From Wolbachia endosymbiont of Cimex lectularius (lineage in GTDB: Bacteria; Pseudomonadota; Alphaproteobacteria; Rickettsiales; Anaplasmataceae): a DNA stretch of 32,000 nt. Shown here piece by piece: positions 1-8,628 of the stretch; within the stretch, counting starts at the first letter, position 1; the number at the start of each line of letters is the position of its first letter. Both the position numbers and the translations under genes were made by a program. The stretch spans positions 810,001 through 842,000 of the forward strand of contig NZ_AP013028.1 of the NCBI RefSeq assembly GCF_000829315.1, written 5' to 3'. The notes beneath the pieces were generated by a model that saw nothing but the letters and a program-made list of their open reading frames with translations, was not told where the DNA came from and did not search any database.

Positions 1-130
1 AGGCATTGCATTAAAACAAAAACTGGTATTAACTGATAATTAGTACTCTGGTTTTATTATGGTGAGTATGTTAATAGTAAGTGGGGTTGGAAATGGTTGC
101 GAAAGCTGAAAAGAAAGATGAGAAAACTAG

Positions 131-264
131 CCTGGGAAGCAAAATACTAGATTACGTGCCGTGGAGAACGGCACTCACAGTTGCTGCTTTGCTATTCCAG
201 TTGTTGGTCCTGTTGCTGGTACAGTTGTTGGAACTTTAGCATATGGTAATTATAGGAAGAATAA
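131..264 (+). pseudogene. 5' segment of an IS-interrupted hypothetical membrane protein gene (continues in frame at 1152)
   Basis: The frame is open from 131 into the IS and encodes a glycine-zipper-like hydrophobic stretch, AIPVVGPVAGTVVGTLAYG. Removing 265-1151 gives 134+766 = 900 nt (300 codons) with no stop. The start is unclear: GTG at 161 is the only in-frame candidate after the stop at 128-130. Confidence 0.4.
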
Positions 265-1125
265 GAACCTGTTTAAAATCTTCGTAACAGGAGAGAAATG
301 AAGGAGAGGACTATCATCTGTAAGCTAGTGTTGAGCTTCCGCTCGCAATTTTTCCACAATCGCCTGCACTTTTCTAACCAGGCAAAAGAGCGTTCAACAA
401 CCCATCTTTTTGGCAATACGACGAAAGTGTGTAACTCACTTCGCTTTATTACTTCAACAGTCGCACCAATGATAGCTTTTATTTGTGTTGCAAAATTTTC
501 TCCTGTGTAGCCAGCATCAACCAGTATGTTTTTAACTTCAGAGAGGTTTGCTTTAGCATTTTCGACCATTTTCACAGTACTGCTACGGTCAGTTGCTTCT
601 GCCGTTGTTACATAAATTGCATGTGGCAAACCTTGTGTATCAACTGCAATATGGCGCTTTATCCCTGAAATCTTTTTACCTGCATCATAGCCTTTTTTTT
701 TCAGCAGTATCTGCGTTTTTAACGCTTTGAGAATCAATTATACAAAAGCTAGTTTTCTCTTTCCGACCATTGCTGATACGGACCTCTCCAACTAATTTTT
801 TTTAAGACTAATTCCAACAAGCTTGGCTCTTCTCCATTCTTTTTACTCCACACTCGAAAATAGTAATATACGCTTTCCCATCTTGGAAAACCCTTTGGTA
901 ACATCCTCCACTGACAACCACTTTTTAAGACGTACAACACCCCACAAAATACGTCATACAAATCAAGTTTTCTTGGTTTTGTTTTCTGCTTGCTACTCTC
1001 CAAAATTGGCCTGATTTTTTCAAACTGCTCTTGACTTATATTACTTGGATAACTTTTCTGCATAGACACCTCATTATTAATCTATGCTTACTTTACCTCA
1101 CATTTCCAAGATTTTAAACAGGTTC
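265..1125 (-). mobile_element. IS5-family insertion sequence, copy 1 (861 bp)
   Basis: Perfect 18-bp terminal inverted repeats GAACCTGTTTAAAATCTT (265-282; reverse complement at 1108-1125). It has OrfA plus OrfB transposase ORFs, TAA at 262-264, and differs from the four other copies at only a handful of positions. Confidence 0.95.
273..1069 (-). CDS. IS5-family transposase, OrfA (749..1069) plus OrfB (273..737); T9/A9 variant, probably frameshifted
   Basis: OrfB carries GYDAGKKISGIKRHIAVDTQG...VDAGY...KRWVVERSFAWL, typical of IS5-family DDE transposases. The T9 tract at 693-701 puts the IIDSQSVK segment (first catalytic Asp) out of frame with the rest of OrfB. Confidence 0.75.
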
Positions 1126-1148
1126 TTACGAAGATTTTAAACAGGTTC
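1126..1148. repeat. Extra solo IS end (TTA plus 20 bp), tandem to the right end of IS copy 1
   Basis: 1126-1148 (ttacgaagattttaaacaggttc) is the exact reverse complement of 265-287, the OrfB-side terminus of the same IS. The TAA matching 262-264 lies after it, at 1149-1151. Confidence 0.9.
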
Positions 1149-1151
1149 TAA

Positions 1152-1917
1152 GAAAAATGGGCTTGAAAAAGCTTGGGATGAACATTGCAAAAACGAGAAA
1201 GCTCCTGATGATAAAAAAACTGACCAGTACAAAAAGAAATTTGAAGAATTTTACAATCTAGGTACAAATTATACTAACCTATTACCAAAGGAAGAAGCCG
1301 GAAATTATCGACCATTTGCAAAACAGGTCTTTAAGGAGATGTTTAAACACGCTGGAGCTCAAGTTCCAAGCGACCCTATCTTGGAAGAACTAGTTACCCA
1401 TTGCAACCAAGCAGGATATGAAGGTGCTTTATTTACACAAATTAGCCTTAGTAAGTATGGTCTAATGCTACAAAATCCTGTAAAAGTGATAAATATTGAC
1501 TGTACTGATATAAATCACATAACAGTGAAATCTGATATGATAATACCTATAGTGAAATCTGATGATCCAGAAGAAGAAGCTTGCCGGATAAATAGCTCAC
1601 TAGAATTCACACTTGAATCTCAAGATGGAAAAGATGGTGTAACATATAAAGATGGTAAATTATTACTCACTATTTCTGAGAAGCTAAAAGACTACCCAGT
1701 TGTTGATGAAATGCAACAAAGTAAAAGTTTATTTGATGTCATTAAAGAAATTTTTCTCCAATTGATTGAGAAAGTTTTTGGCCATACTAATGATATAAAA
1801 ATAATAGAAGAGAACGATGTGATTACAATGGCAGGCAGCTTTGGTAAGTCATTGAAAGTAAAGAGTACACTAAAGGAAGTCAAGCCAATAATGAGTGACA
1901 TTGCTCGGAACAAATAG
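1152..1917 (+). pseudogene. 3' segment of the IS-interrupted hypothetical protein (includes ORF 1339..1917)
   Basis: The frame of ORF 1339..1917 stays open upstream to the IS border (KKNGLEKAWDEHCKNEKAPDDKK...). It is in frame with 131-264 once the insertion is removed. I recognise no family motif. Confidence 0.6.
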
Positions 1918-1933
1918 TAGTAAAAAACTGCAT

Positions 1934-2824
1934 CTAGTCAAAAGAGAGTGAAAATTCTTCTACACAATCAATCACTTCAGAACTTGAAAATTGATTTTTA
2001 AACCAAGTGTACTGGCGCTTTGCGTAGTGCCTTGTGTTTGTTTGAGCAATTTGTATTGCTTCATTTAAATTGAGCTCACCTTTTAAGTATTTTATAATTT
2101 CTGGCACTCCGTGTGCTTTCATAGCTGGCAAATGTGGAGCTAGGTTCATGCTAAGTAACTTTTCTACTTCATCAATTGCTCCATTTTCAACCATTTTAAT
2201 AAAACGAGAATTTATTTTTCGGTATACGTTTCCACGCTCAGGCAAAATTGTATATATCTTAAAATTATTGAATAAAGGAGGCCGTCTATTTTCTTGCCAT
2301 ACGAAAATTGACTTACCAGTTTCAGTGATAACTTCAAGTGCCCTTGAAAGGCGGTGCGAGTCGTTCATGAATATTTTACCTTGAATTTTTGAGTCTTTGC
2401 TTAGCGCTAATTTGTAGAACTCCTCTCTACTTAAATTTTTTCTAAGTTCACTTACATTTTGCCTTACTTCCTGGCTTATTTGTGGAATTGACGATAAGCC
2501 CTTGATTAAGCTGCTGATATAAAGCCCACTCCCTCCAGTGATGACAGGTATTCGTGAATTCTCCAGCGCACTATTGACTTCTCTTTTTAAATCCTCTAGC
2601 CATAAACCTACGGAATAATTTTCTCTTGCTGAAACATAACCATATAGTTTATAAAATTTTTCTTGCCTTGGTGGCTGAGCAGTGATTATAGGAATTTCTC
2701 TATATACCTGCTTCGAATCACAGTTTATTATGTCAATATTCCCATATCTTTTCATCAAGTTATCGCATAATTCTGATTTACCTGAAGCTGTAATTCCTGT
2801 AATAATTACTAGATTATCTCTCAT
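1934..2824 (-). CDS. miaA: tRNA dimethylallyltransferase
   Basis: 296 aa with an N-terminal P-loop (ITGITASGKS) and collinear MiaA-like sequence (DIINCDSKQVYREIPIITAQP..., TRHYAKRQYTWF). Confidence 0.9.
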   Translation of the reverse strand: MRDNLVIITGITASGKSELCDNLMKRYGNIDIINCDSKQVYREIPIITAQPPRQEKFYKLYGYVSARENYSVGLWLEDLKREVNSALENSRIPVITGGSGLYISSLIKGLSSIPQISQEVRQNVSELRKNLSREEFYKLALSKDSKIQGKIFMNDSHRLSRALEVITETGKSIFVWQENRRPPLFNNFKIYTILPERGNVYRKINSRFIKMVENGAIDEVEKLLSMNLAPHLPAMKAHGVPEIIKYLKGELNLNEAIQIAQTNTRHYAKRQYTWFKNQFSSSEVIDCVEEFSLSFD

Positions 2825-2899
2825 TTATATTAATTTAATTAACGTATGATAGGGTGTAGTAAAAATTTGGATTCTACAATCTAAAGTTTGGAGATTTTT

Positions 2900-3370
2900 A
2901 TGACAGAGAACAACGATAATAACTCATTTACTAAGCGTTTCACAAACAGGACTCCTGGCGACACAGGAGGAGGTTTTTCCAGTAAGTATTCATCCCAAAA
3001 CACCAAAGAGCGTGCACTGGGGGAAAGAGGAAAAATCTCTCAGCTAGCAAGCAAAAAAACTGAATCCAAAGAAGCTTTTTCTGAAAGTGGCAGCATAAAA
3101 AGTAAAAGCAGAACTGTCAATGAGAGATCCTTTGCTGATGCAACAAGAAGAAGCAGATCAGATCTCATATATTTAGTTCGTGGTAAAGATCATGGAAGAT
3201 CAGCATGGCATTATGTATTGGTCGATAAGGATAAGAAAGAGATGTTTCTTGCAAAAAGTAAGACTGGCTCCATGGATGTTGCAGATTATGGAGAGATTTT
3301 ATATTCAGAATGGGGAGAAGATCCACCACAAGAAATAGTTGATAAAATCAATGAAGAGTTTGGGCTATAA
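2900..3370 (+). CDS. Hypothetical protein (Ser/Lys-rich N-terminus, compact C-terminal domain)
   Basis: ORF 2888..3370. ATG at 2900 is preferred because GGAG lies 7 nt upstream. The C-terminal part reads SAWHYVLVDKDKKEMF...YGEILYSEWGEDPP. No function is recognisable. Confidence 0.6.
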   Translation: MTENNDNNSFTKRFTNRTPGDTGGGFSSKYSSQNTKERALGERGKISQLASKKTESKEAFSESGSIKSKSRTVNERSFADATRRSRSDLIYLVRGKDHGRSAWHYVLVDKDKKEMFLAKSKTGSMDVADYGEILYSEWGEDPPQEIVDKINEEFGL

Positions 3371-3465
3371 CAAATCTGCTGCGAGCCCTACATTGGACTT
3401 TTGCATAACCGAAACTGAAAAATTTTGGCGTTTTTTGTGTGCTCTTAAGTTGCTTAGCTATGAGT

Positions 3466-3519
3466 ATTAAGAAATTTACCAAACGAGAAAAAAAGCAAAA
3501 GAAGCCTCGTTGGTGGCTA
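3466..3519. repeat. Dispersed ~50-bp motif, copy A (attaagaaatttaccaaacgagaaaaaaagcaaaagaagcc...)
   Basis: Closely matches 13002-13056 and more loosely 3609-3661. Copies A and B sit in a roughly 120-bp tandem duplication (3419-3538 / 3540-3662) that also repeats aaatt(tt)ggcgttttttt. Confidence 0.7.
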
Positions 3520-3608
3520 ATTATTTATATTAACTTTATAAATTGGCGTTTTTTTATTCTAAACGTCTAATCTAGCTGCTTTTAAACTACAACAGACCTT
3601 AGTTTAAA

Positions 3609-3661
3609 TATTAAAAAAACTTACTAAGCAGAAAAAAAGGCAAAAGAAACCCAGAGCAGCT
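3609..3661. repeat. Dispersed ~50-bp motif, copy B (diverged)
   Basis: attaaaaaaacttactaagcagaaaaaaaggcaaaagaaaccc aligns with copies A and C. Confidence 0.55.
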
Positions 3662-3831
3662 AGTATTCAAATTCTCCCTTGTTCTATTTGACGTTCTATA
3701 CTGTCTTAAACGACTTATAAGCGCGTTTCAGCTTGTATAGGCAAAAACCTAGAAGTTTTATGAAGACATGGAGTGCACATAGTGCGAAAAATTAAACATG
3801 AGACGCCAAATACAAAGTTTCCTCTGTCGTT

Positions 3832-5469
3832 TTAATCTGCAGATTGCGAAGTTAAATGAATAGCTTCACTACTATGGTATGTAGTACAATGATACAAATT
3901 AAAAATCTTCCCATCCTCCGCTGGTTCTTCGATCTGAAATCTTATTTCCACCTGGTCACGGCCTATGTCTATTCGTCCTATCAGTGCTTTAATAATACCA
4001 CGTTTAGTTCCCCAATCTAGCTGTTCCAAGTTCGATTTCATACTAGAATAAAAATTCTTTATGCTACTTATAATACGGTTTATTCCCGTTTTTACTGCCC
4101 TTTGATTAGTCACCTTCTTTTTCTCTTCTTCTATTTCTTTTAAACTTTCATTCAATACTCTGATTGTCTGTTCAAGTACTTCCTTACTTATATATCGTTT
4201 CTCACCTGCGTTTCCTTTACTATAATAATCTTTCATTAATTCTTTTATACCTTCTTTTATTTGTTCTTCTCTTCTTGCAAGCTTTTTACCTAATGGTTCA
4301 TCACTTTTATTTTCTGAAATTCTGCGTTGGTACTCCTTTTTTATCATCTCTGGGTTTTTTAGCAAATCTTTTACCTTTTCCCATACTGCTGTCTCTAACA
4401 TCTCTCTACGAACCAATTTATTGTTACATTTTTCCTCACCATCAGTAATATGTGAGGTACTACTACAGCGATAATAGCTATACGTTTTTTTCCCATCCCT
4501 ATGGTGCACGCCGCCATAAGCATATCCACAGTTTTTACATACAACTAGACTTTGCAGTAAATTTACCTCTTTCCTTCTCTGCATTCTTGCTCTTTTTCTA
4601 TTTTCATCCAGTTGCTTTTGTACCTTATTAAATAATCCTTCATCAACTATCTTTGGTACTGGTATATAAATCCAACTATCTTTATCTGCACGATAGATAG
4701 AAACCTTTTGTTTATTTTTTCTTCTTCTTTTTACCCTTTTTAATTTACCAAACGCTGCTTGTCCCATATACGCTGGATTTCTTAACATCTTCCAAATTAC
4801 TATTGGACGCCAAACCTTTTTTCCACTCCTCGTTCTAATTGACCTATCTCTTAGTCTACGTATAACTTCCCTTATACTTACTCTTTCTTGTCCTATCCAC
4901 ACGAATATTTGCCTTACTATTTTTGCTTCTTCTTCATTTATTTCAAATTTTATCTTTTCTCTATCAAAATGCCTTACACGCTTATAACCAAGAGGCGCAA
5001 TAGTAATTACACTTACATAACCTTCTCTTGCTGCATGTTCTTTTCCTCTACTACTCCGTTCTACAGTTTGTTTTAGTGTATAAGTTCCAAGTGCTCCTTG
5101 CACATCTGTCATTAAACCGGACTCTGAAGTATCATCAACCTTATGATTTGAAAAGATTACTTCTACTCCTGCATCTATAAATTCATCTATTAAATTTCTT
5201 TGATCTACAAAATCACGTGACAAACGATCAAGTGAATGAATATAAATTTTGTTAATTTCTCCTTCCGCTACTTTTTTACGTAAATTCTTTAAACCTTCAC
5301 GCTTCAAAGTTAATCCACTATAACCATCGTCAGTGAATATATATTCACCCAATAATTTATGTCCATCTAGGGCAATTCTACGCTTAAGCTCTGCAATTTG
5401 GCTCTCTATTGTATTGTTCTGCGCTTGGTTCTTCGATGAAACTCTCGCATATAAGGCCACTGTTGTCAT
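3832..5469 (-). CDS. Large serine recombinase (phage-WO-like integrase type)
   Basis: 545 aa. The N-terminal resolvase-type catalytic domain has YARVSSKNQ (Ser nucleophile) and SLDRLSRD. A recombinase domain follows, then the Cys cluster CKNCGY...YYRCSS...C and a long coiled-coil C-terminus, as in large serine integrases. Confidence 0.9.
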   Translation of the reverse strand: MTTVALYARVSSKNQAQNNTIESQIAELKRRIALDGHKLLGEYIFTDDGYSGLTLKREGLKNLRKKVAEGEINKIYIHSLDRLSRDFVDQRNLIDEFIDAGVEVIFSNHKVDDTSESGLMTDVQGALGTYTLKQTVERSSRGKEHAAREGYVSVITIAPLGYKRVRHFDREKIKFEINEEEAKIVRQIFVWIGQERVSIREVIRRLRDRSIRTRSGKKVWRPIVIWKMLRNPAYMGQAAFGKLKRVKRRRKNKQKVSIYRADKDSWIYIPVPKIVDEGLFNKVQKQLDENRKRARMQRRKEVNLLQSLVVCKNCGYAYGGVHHRDGKKTYSYYRCSSTSHITDGEEKCNNKLVRREMLETAVWEKVKDLLKNPEMIKKEYQRRISENKSDEPLGKKLARREEQIKEGIKELMKDYYSKGNAGEKRYISKEVLEQTIRVLNESLKEIEEEKKKVTNQRAVKTGINRIISSIKNFYSSMKSNLEQLDWGTKRGIIKALIGRIDIGRDQVEIRFQIEEPAEDGKIFNLYHCTTYHSSEAIHLTSQSAD

Positions 5470-5602
5470 TTTTTTCTACCTCCTTTTCATTGTTTCTTTT
5501 TACTGCAAATTCTAATAACAGATCGTAAGCGTCTGCTAGATGTTGCTCTGCTAATTCATCAGACTCATACCGACAAGTTACAGTTAATACCTTTTTTCTC
5601 AT
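5384..5602 (-). CDS. Small ORF immediately upstream of, and overlapping, the recombinase start (possible accessory protein)
   Basis: 72-aa ORF co-directional with the recombinase. Only the first 44 or so codons lie outside the recombinase CDS. There is no homology evidence. Confidence 0.25.
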   Translation of the reverse strand: MRKKVLTVTCRYESDELAEQHLADAYDLLLEFAVKRNNEKEVEKNDNSGLICESFIEEPSAEQYNREPNCRA

Positions 5603-5853
5603 GTTTTTTCCTGTGAATGTCTTTGTAGTTTGGGAGCCTTACCACTCCCTTTTTCCATAAATCAGCTACCCTTACGAAAAAGACGCAACTGTTGTTTCTC
5701 TCAGCTTTTGTGTGAAATTTTAAAAATGAAAAGACGCGTTAAAACGCTCCTCTTTATCCATAGTTCCAGCAATTTCCAATTCATACCAAATAGAACATAA
5801 ATTCGCTTAAACCTACAGTTATAGGCAAAAAGCTCCAGCTTGAAGCTCTTTGG

Positions 5854-6422
5854 CTACCTCTTTTCCTCCAGCTCTTTATCCGCTTCTATCAGCTCTTCCT
5901 CTGCCAATATCACACCGGCTACGGTCTTTTCCAGAAATTCTCCCTGTTTTTTTGCGATTTTTACGCCCTCTAACACTTCCGTTATTTCTTTATTATTTCT
6001 AGCATAATCAATTGGTGTTTTGCCGGATTTATCAGGTTGATCTACTTTTGCTCCAGCTTTTACTAATTCTTTTACTATTTCTACTTCCCATATCATGCAT
6101 GCCAGATGTAGTGGGGTGTATTTGTCATTACGTTCCGCGACGTTTACTTTCGCTCTGAACTTATTAGCTCCTTTACGTTTTCTAGGTGCTCTCCTATTAC
6201 AGCTAGGTGCATTGGTACATAACCCTCCCACATCTGCAGAATTTATATCTGCTCCTTTTTTGATCAATAATCTCACTGTTTTTGGACGGAATTTCCCACT
6301 GCATAATGCAATATCGTTCTTCCTTTTTCGTCTTTTTTATTAATATTTTTAAATGAGTTCTCTAATAATTTTTCCCACGATTTATTAAATTCCTCTCTTT
6401 CTTTTTTACTAAATTTTACCAT
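5854..6422 (-). pseudogene. Ankyrin-repeat gene, frameshifted
   Basis: ATG at 6422 opens MVKFSKKEREEFNKSWEKLL...GRTILHYAVGNSVQKQ*. The ANK reading resumes in another frame (ORF 5854..6276). Inside that ORF the ANK-like reading (YVPMHLAVIGEHLENVKELISS) is in a third frame for about 27 codons. At least three indels are implied. Confidence 0.8.
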
Positions 6423-6656
6423 GATGCTCCTCAACTATTAAATCCATATAAAATTGCCTAATTTGGCTTACTTTGTAGCACTAGGTGAATTTTTTATGTT
6501 TACCCACTACTATTTTAGCTATGTCTTTTTTACTATCAAAAGCAAGTTTTTTTTTGAAAAATATACACATTTTTTTGAATATTAATGCGGCATATTAAGA
6601 TATAAACCTATATGCTTAACCTATTAAACAAAAGCAAACTTGCTCACTACCTTTCG
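6423..6656 (-). promoter_or_regulatory. Conserved upstream module of ANK cassette 1
   Basis: Shares blocks with 7371-7571 and 8193-8382: taggt[ga]aatttttt[ac]atgtttacc.ac, a[ag]caagttttttttt, aatattaa..., attaagat.taa. Confidence 0.6.
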
Positions 6657-7370
6657 TCAACCTTTTTGGCTAGTCTTTTCAGACAATAAGATTTCTTCTA
6701 TTTCATCTAAACTCACCACTTTTGTTCCACGTCTCTCCATTATTTCTTTTACTGCCTCGTTTGCTTTTCCATACATCGGAGGTACATCTCTCATGTTCAC
6801 TCCCTTCTTTTCTAGATGACTCGTCACCTTCGGGTAAATTTTTGCATAGTTTAGTGGACTACATCCAAATTTATCTATTGCCTCCATGTTTCCCCCTGCA
6901 TTTATTAGCACTTCTATTGTTTTTATTCCTACTCCTAGACATGCTAAATGTAGTGGTACTGCTCCGTTATCTGATATTGCATTTACCTCTGCCCCTCCTT
7001 TGAGCAGTGCTTCCACATTTTCTACCTTTTCTAAAAATGCAGCTAAGTGTAATGCTGTTTCTCCATTACCATCTCTAGCATTAATACTCGCACCTTCTTC
7101 TATTAATAACCTGATCATTCCGGCATCTGAAAGTTGTGCCGCAGAATGCAATACTGTACTACCTCCTATTAATCTTTCATTAATATTCCGAAGCGGGTTA
7201 CCTAAAAATGCTTCTATAAATTTGTTACAAAATTTTCCGTCATCTGAAAGTTGTGTCGCAGAATGCAATAACGTACGTTCTCTTTGTAATCTTTCGTTGG
7301 CATTTTGAGGCGGGTCATCTAAAAATGCTTCTATAAATTTGTAACAAAGCTCTATTGTTTCTTTATTCAT
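6657..7370 (-). CDS. Ankyrin-repeat protein
   Basis: ANK repeats are present (GSTVLHSAAQLSDAGMIRLLIEEGASINARD, GETALHLAAF...). ATG at 7370 (MNKETIEL...) is preferred over the ORF-track start at 7421, because sequence beyond 7370 aligns with the non-coding upstream modules of the paralogues. Confidence 0.85.
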   Translation of the reverse strand: MNKETIELCYKFIEAFLDDPPQNANERLQRERTLLHSATQLSDDGKFCNKFIEAFLGNPLRNINERLIGGSTVLHSAAQLSDAGMIRLLIEEGASINARDGNGETALHLAAFLEKVENVEALLKGGAEVNAISDNGAVPLHLACLGVGIKTIEVLINAGGNMEAIDKFGCSPLNYAKIYPKVTSHLEKKGVNMRDVPPMYGKANEAVKEIMERRGTKVVSLDEIEEILLSEKTSQKG

Positions 7371-7571
7371 GATATACCCCACTAAATATTGACTCATTTT
7401 AGGCATAGGTAATTTTTTCATGTTTACCTACACCTACTCAATTTATAGCCTTTTTGACATAGAAACAAGTTTTTTTTTACAAAATATACACACTTTTATC
7501 AAATATTAATGTATTATATTAAGATATAAATATATATACTTAGTATATTAAGTAAAAAGCAAACCTGCCTC
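7371..7571 (-). promoter_or_regulatory. Conserved upstream module of ANK cassette 2
   Basis: Same conserved blocks as 6423-6656 and 8193-8382. Confidence 0.6.
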
Positions 7572-8192
7572 CTATTTCTCTTCAAGTAGTAAGGATTCTT
7601 TTTCTATTAATTCTACTACTTCCTTAAAACTCATCACTTCTCCCTCCGGTCCTCTATTACACCTTTCCATTATTTCTTTTATTGCCTCGTTTGCCTCTCC
7701 ATACACTGGAGTTACATCTCCCATATTCACTCCCTTCTTTTCTAGATAACTTGTCACCCTCGGATAAATTTTTGCATAGTTTAGTGGGCTGCATTCAAAC
7801 CTACCTATTGCATTCATATCTCCTCCTGCATTTATCAGTTCTTCTATTGTCCTTATTCCTCCTGCTAAACTTGCCAGGTGTAGTGGCACTGCTTTGTTAT
7901 TAGATCTTGCATTTACTTCGGCTCCGTTCTTTATCAGGGCTCTCACATTTTTTCTACGCCCTAAAAATGCTGCTAGATGCAACGGCGTTTCATTTCTATT
8001 ATTTCTCTCGTTAACGTTTGCTCCTTTTTTTATTAATAACTCTACTATTTCTGGCTCTGACACTTGAGCTGCACGGTGCAATACTGTACAACCATCTGTG
8101 TCTTTCTCATTTATTTGTTGAAACTCGTTTACTGATATTGCTTTCAATAAATTATAAAAAGCGTTTTTTGTTTCTTCTTTAAACTTTATCAT
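7572..8192 (-). CDS. Ankyrin-repeat protein (paralogue of 6657..7370)
   Basis: 206 aa. It is collinear with the neighbour through the ANK repeats and the C-terminal tail (SPLNYAKIYP.VTS.LEKKGVNM.DV.P.YG.ANEA.KEIMER). Confidence 0.85.
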   Translation of the reverse strand: MIKFKEETKNAFYNLLKAISVNEFQQINEKDTDGCTVLHRAAQVSEPEIVELLIKKGANVNERNNRNETPLHLAAFLGRRKNVRALIKNGAEVNARSNNKAVPLHLASLAGGIRTIEELINAGGDMNAIGRFECSPLNYAKIYPRVTSYLEKKGVNMGDVTPVYGEANEAIKEIMERCNRGPEGEVMSFKEVVELIEKESLLLEEK

Positions 8193-8382
8193 GACTACCT
8201 CACTATAAATACTCTATAAAATTGCCTATTTTAGCTTTTTTCAGCAGTAGGTAAATTTTTTATGTTTACCCACTACTACTTAATTTATAGCTTTTTTAGC
8301 ATGAAAAAGCAAGTTTTTTTTTGGTTAACGTACCTTGTTTTTACTAAATATTAGCAAGATTATTAAGATGTAATATATAGAC
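8193..8382 (-). promoter_or_regulatory. Conserved upstream module of ANK cassette 3
   Basis: Same conserved blocks as the other two modules. GAGG lies about 7 nt upstream of the ATG at 8192. Confidence 0.6.
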
Positions 8383-8628
8383 TTAACGCATTAAACATAT
8401 AGGCTGTTTTTCTTTCCAACTTCTGTCCAAATGTCGATGTTCATGCCAAGTTAGGACTCCAGGATAAAACACTAAAATGTAATTTTCCAGTTCGTGAATC
8501 GAATCTTTTTGTTTTGAATCTAAATCGTTTTCATAGCGAATGTTGTGTTCTGCTAAACCATATCTTGTGATTTTTTGATCGGTATAATTTTCTACTTTGT
8601 AACTATGAGTAATGCTAAATCTTTCTAA
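8383..8628 (-). pseudogene. 3' segment of a 101-codon hypothetical gene split by IS copy 2
   Basis: ORF 8383..8670 takes its first 14 codons from the IS. The rest (ERFSITHSYKVENYTDQK...WKEKQPICLMR*) joins in frame to 9552..9490 when the IS and one TAA are removed. Confidence 0.65.

Noticed and set aside
93-239. 48-codon Leu-rich ORF (MVAKAEKKDEKTSLGSKILDYVPWRTALTVAALLFQLLVLLLVQLLEL)
   Set aside because: It overlaps the alternative frame that continues without a stop across the IS into ORF 1339..1917. Only one frame can be real, and the latter has the stronger support. A 5' frameshift linking the two cannot be excluded.
298-668. Antisense ORFs of 61-70 aa inside every IS copy (for example 298..510, 483..668, 823..1014, and their equivalents in the other copies)
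   Set aside because: They lie wholly within the transposase coding region on the opposite strand. They recur only because the IS recurs, and have no start context or recognisable motif.
3460-3570. 36-codon ORF (MSIKKFTKREKKQKKPRWWLIIYINFINWRFFILNV) resembling a type I toxin-like small membrane peptide
   Set aside because: The ATG and the reading frame are not conserved in the two paralogous copies of the same motif (3609-3661, 13002-13056). The similarity is at the DNA level, not the protein level.
5628-5655. Hairpin gggag-ccttaccact-ctccc followed by TTTTT on the plus strand (terminator-like); it shares the 10-mer gggagcctta with the domain V region
   Set aside because: No plus-strand gene ends upstream of it. 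The shared 10-mer does not extend into a domain-V-like fold here.
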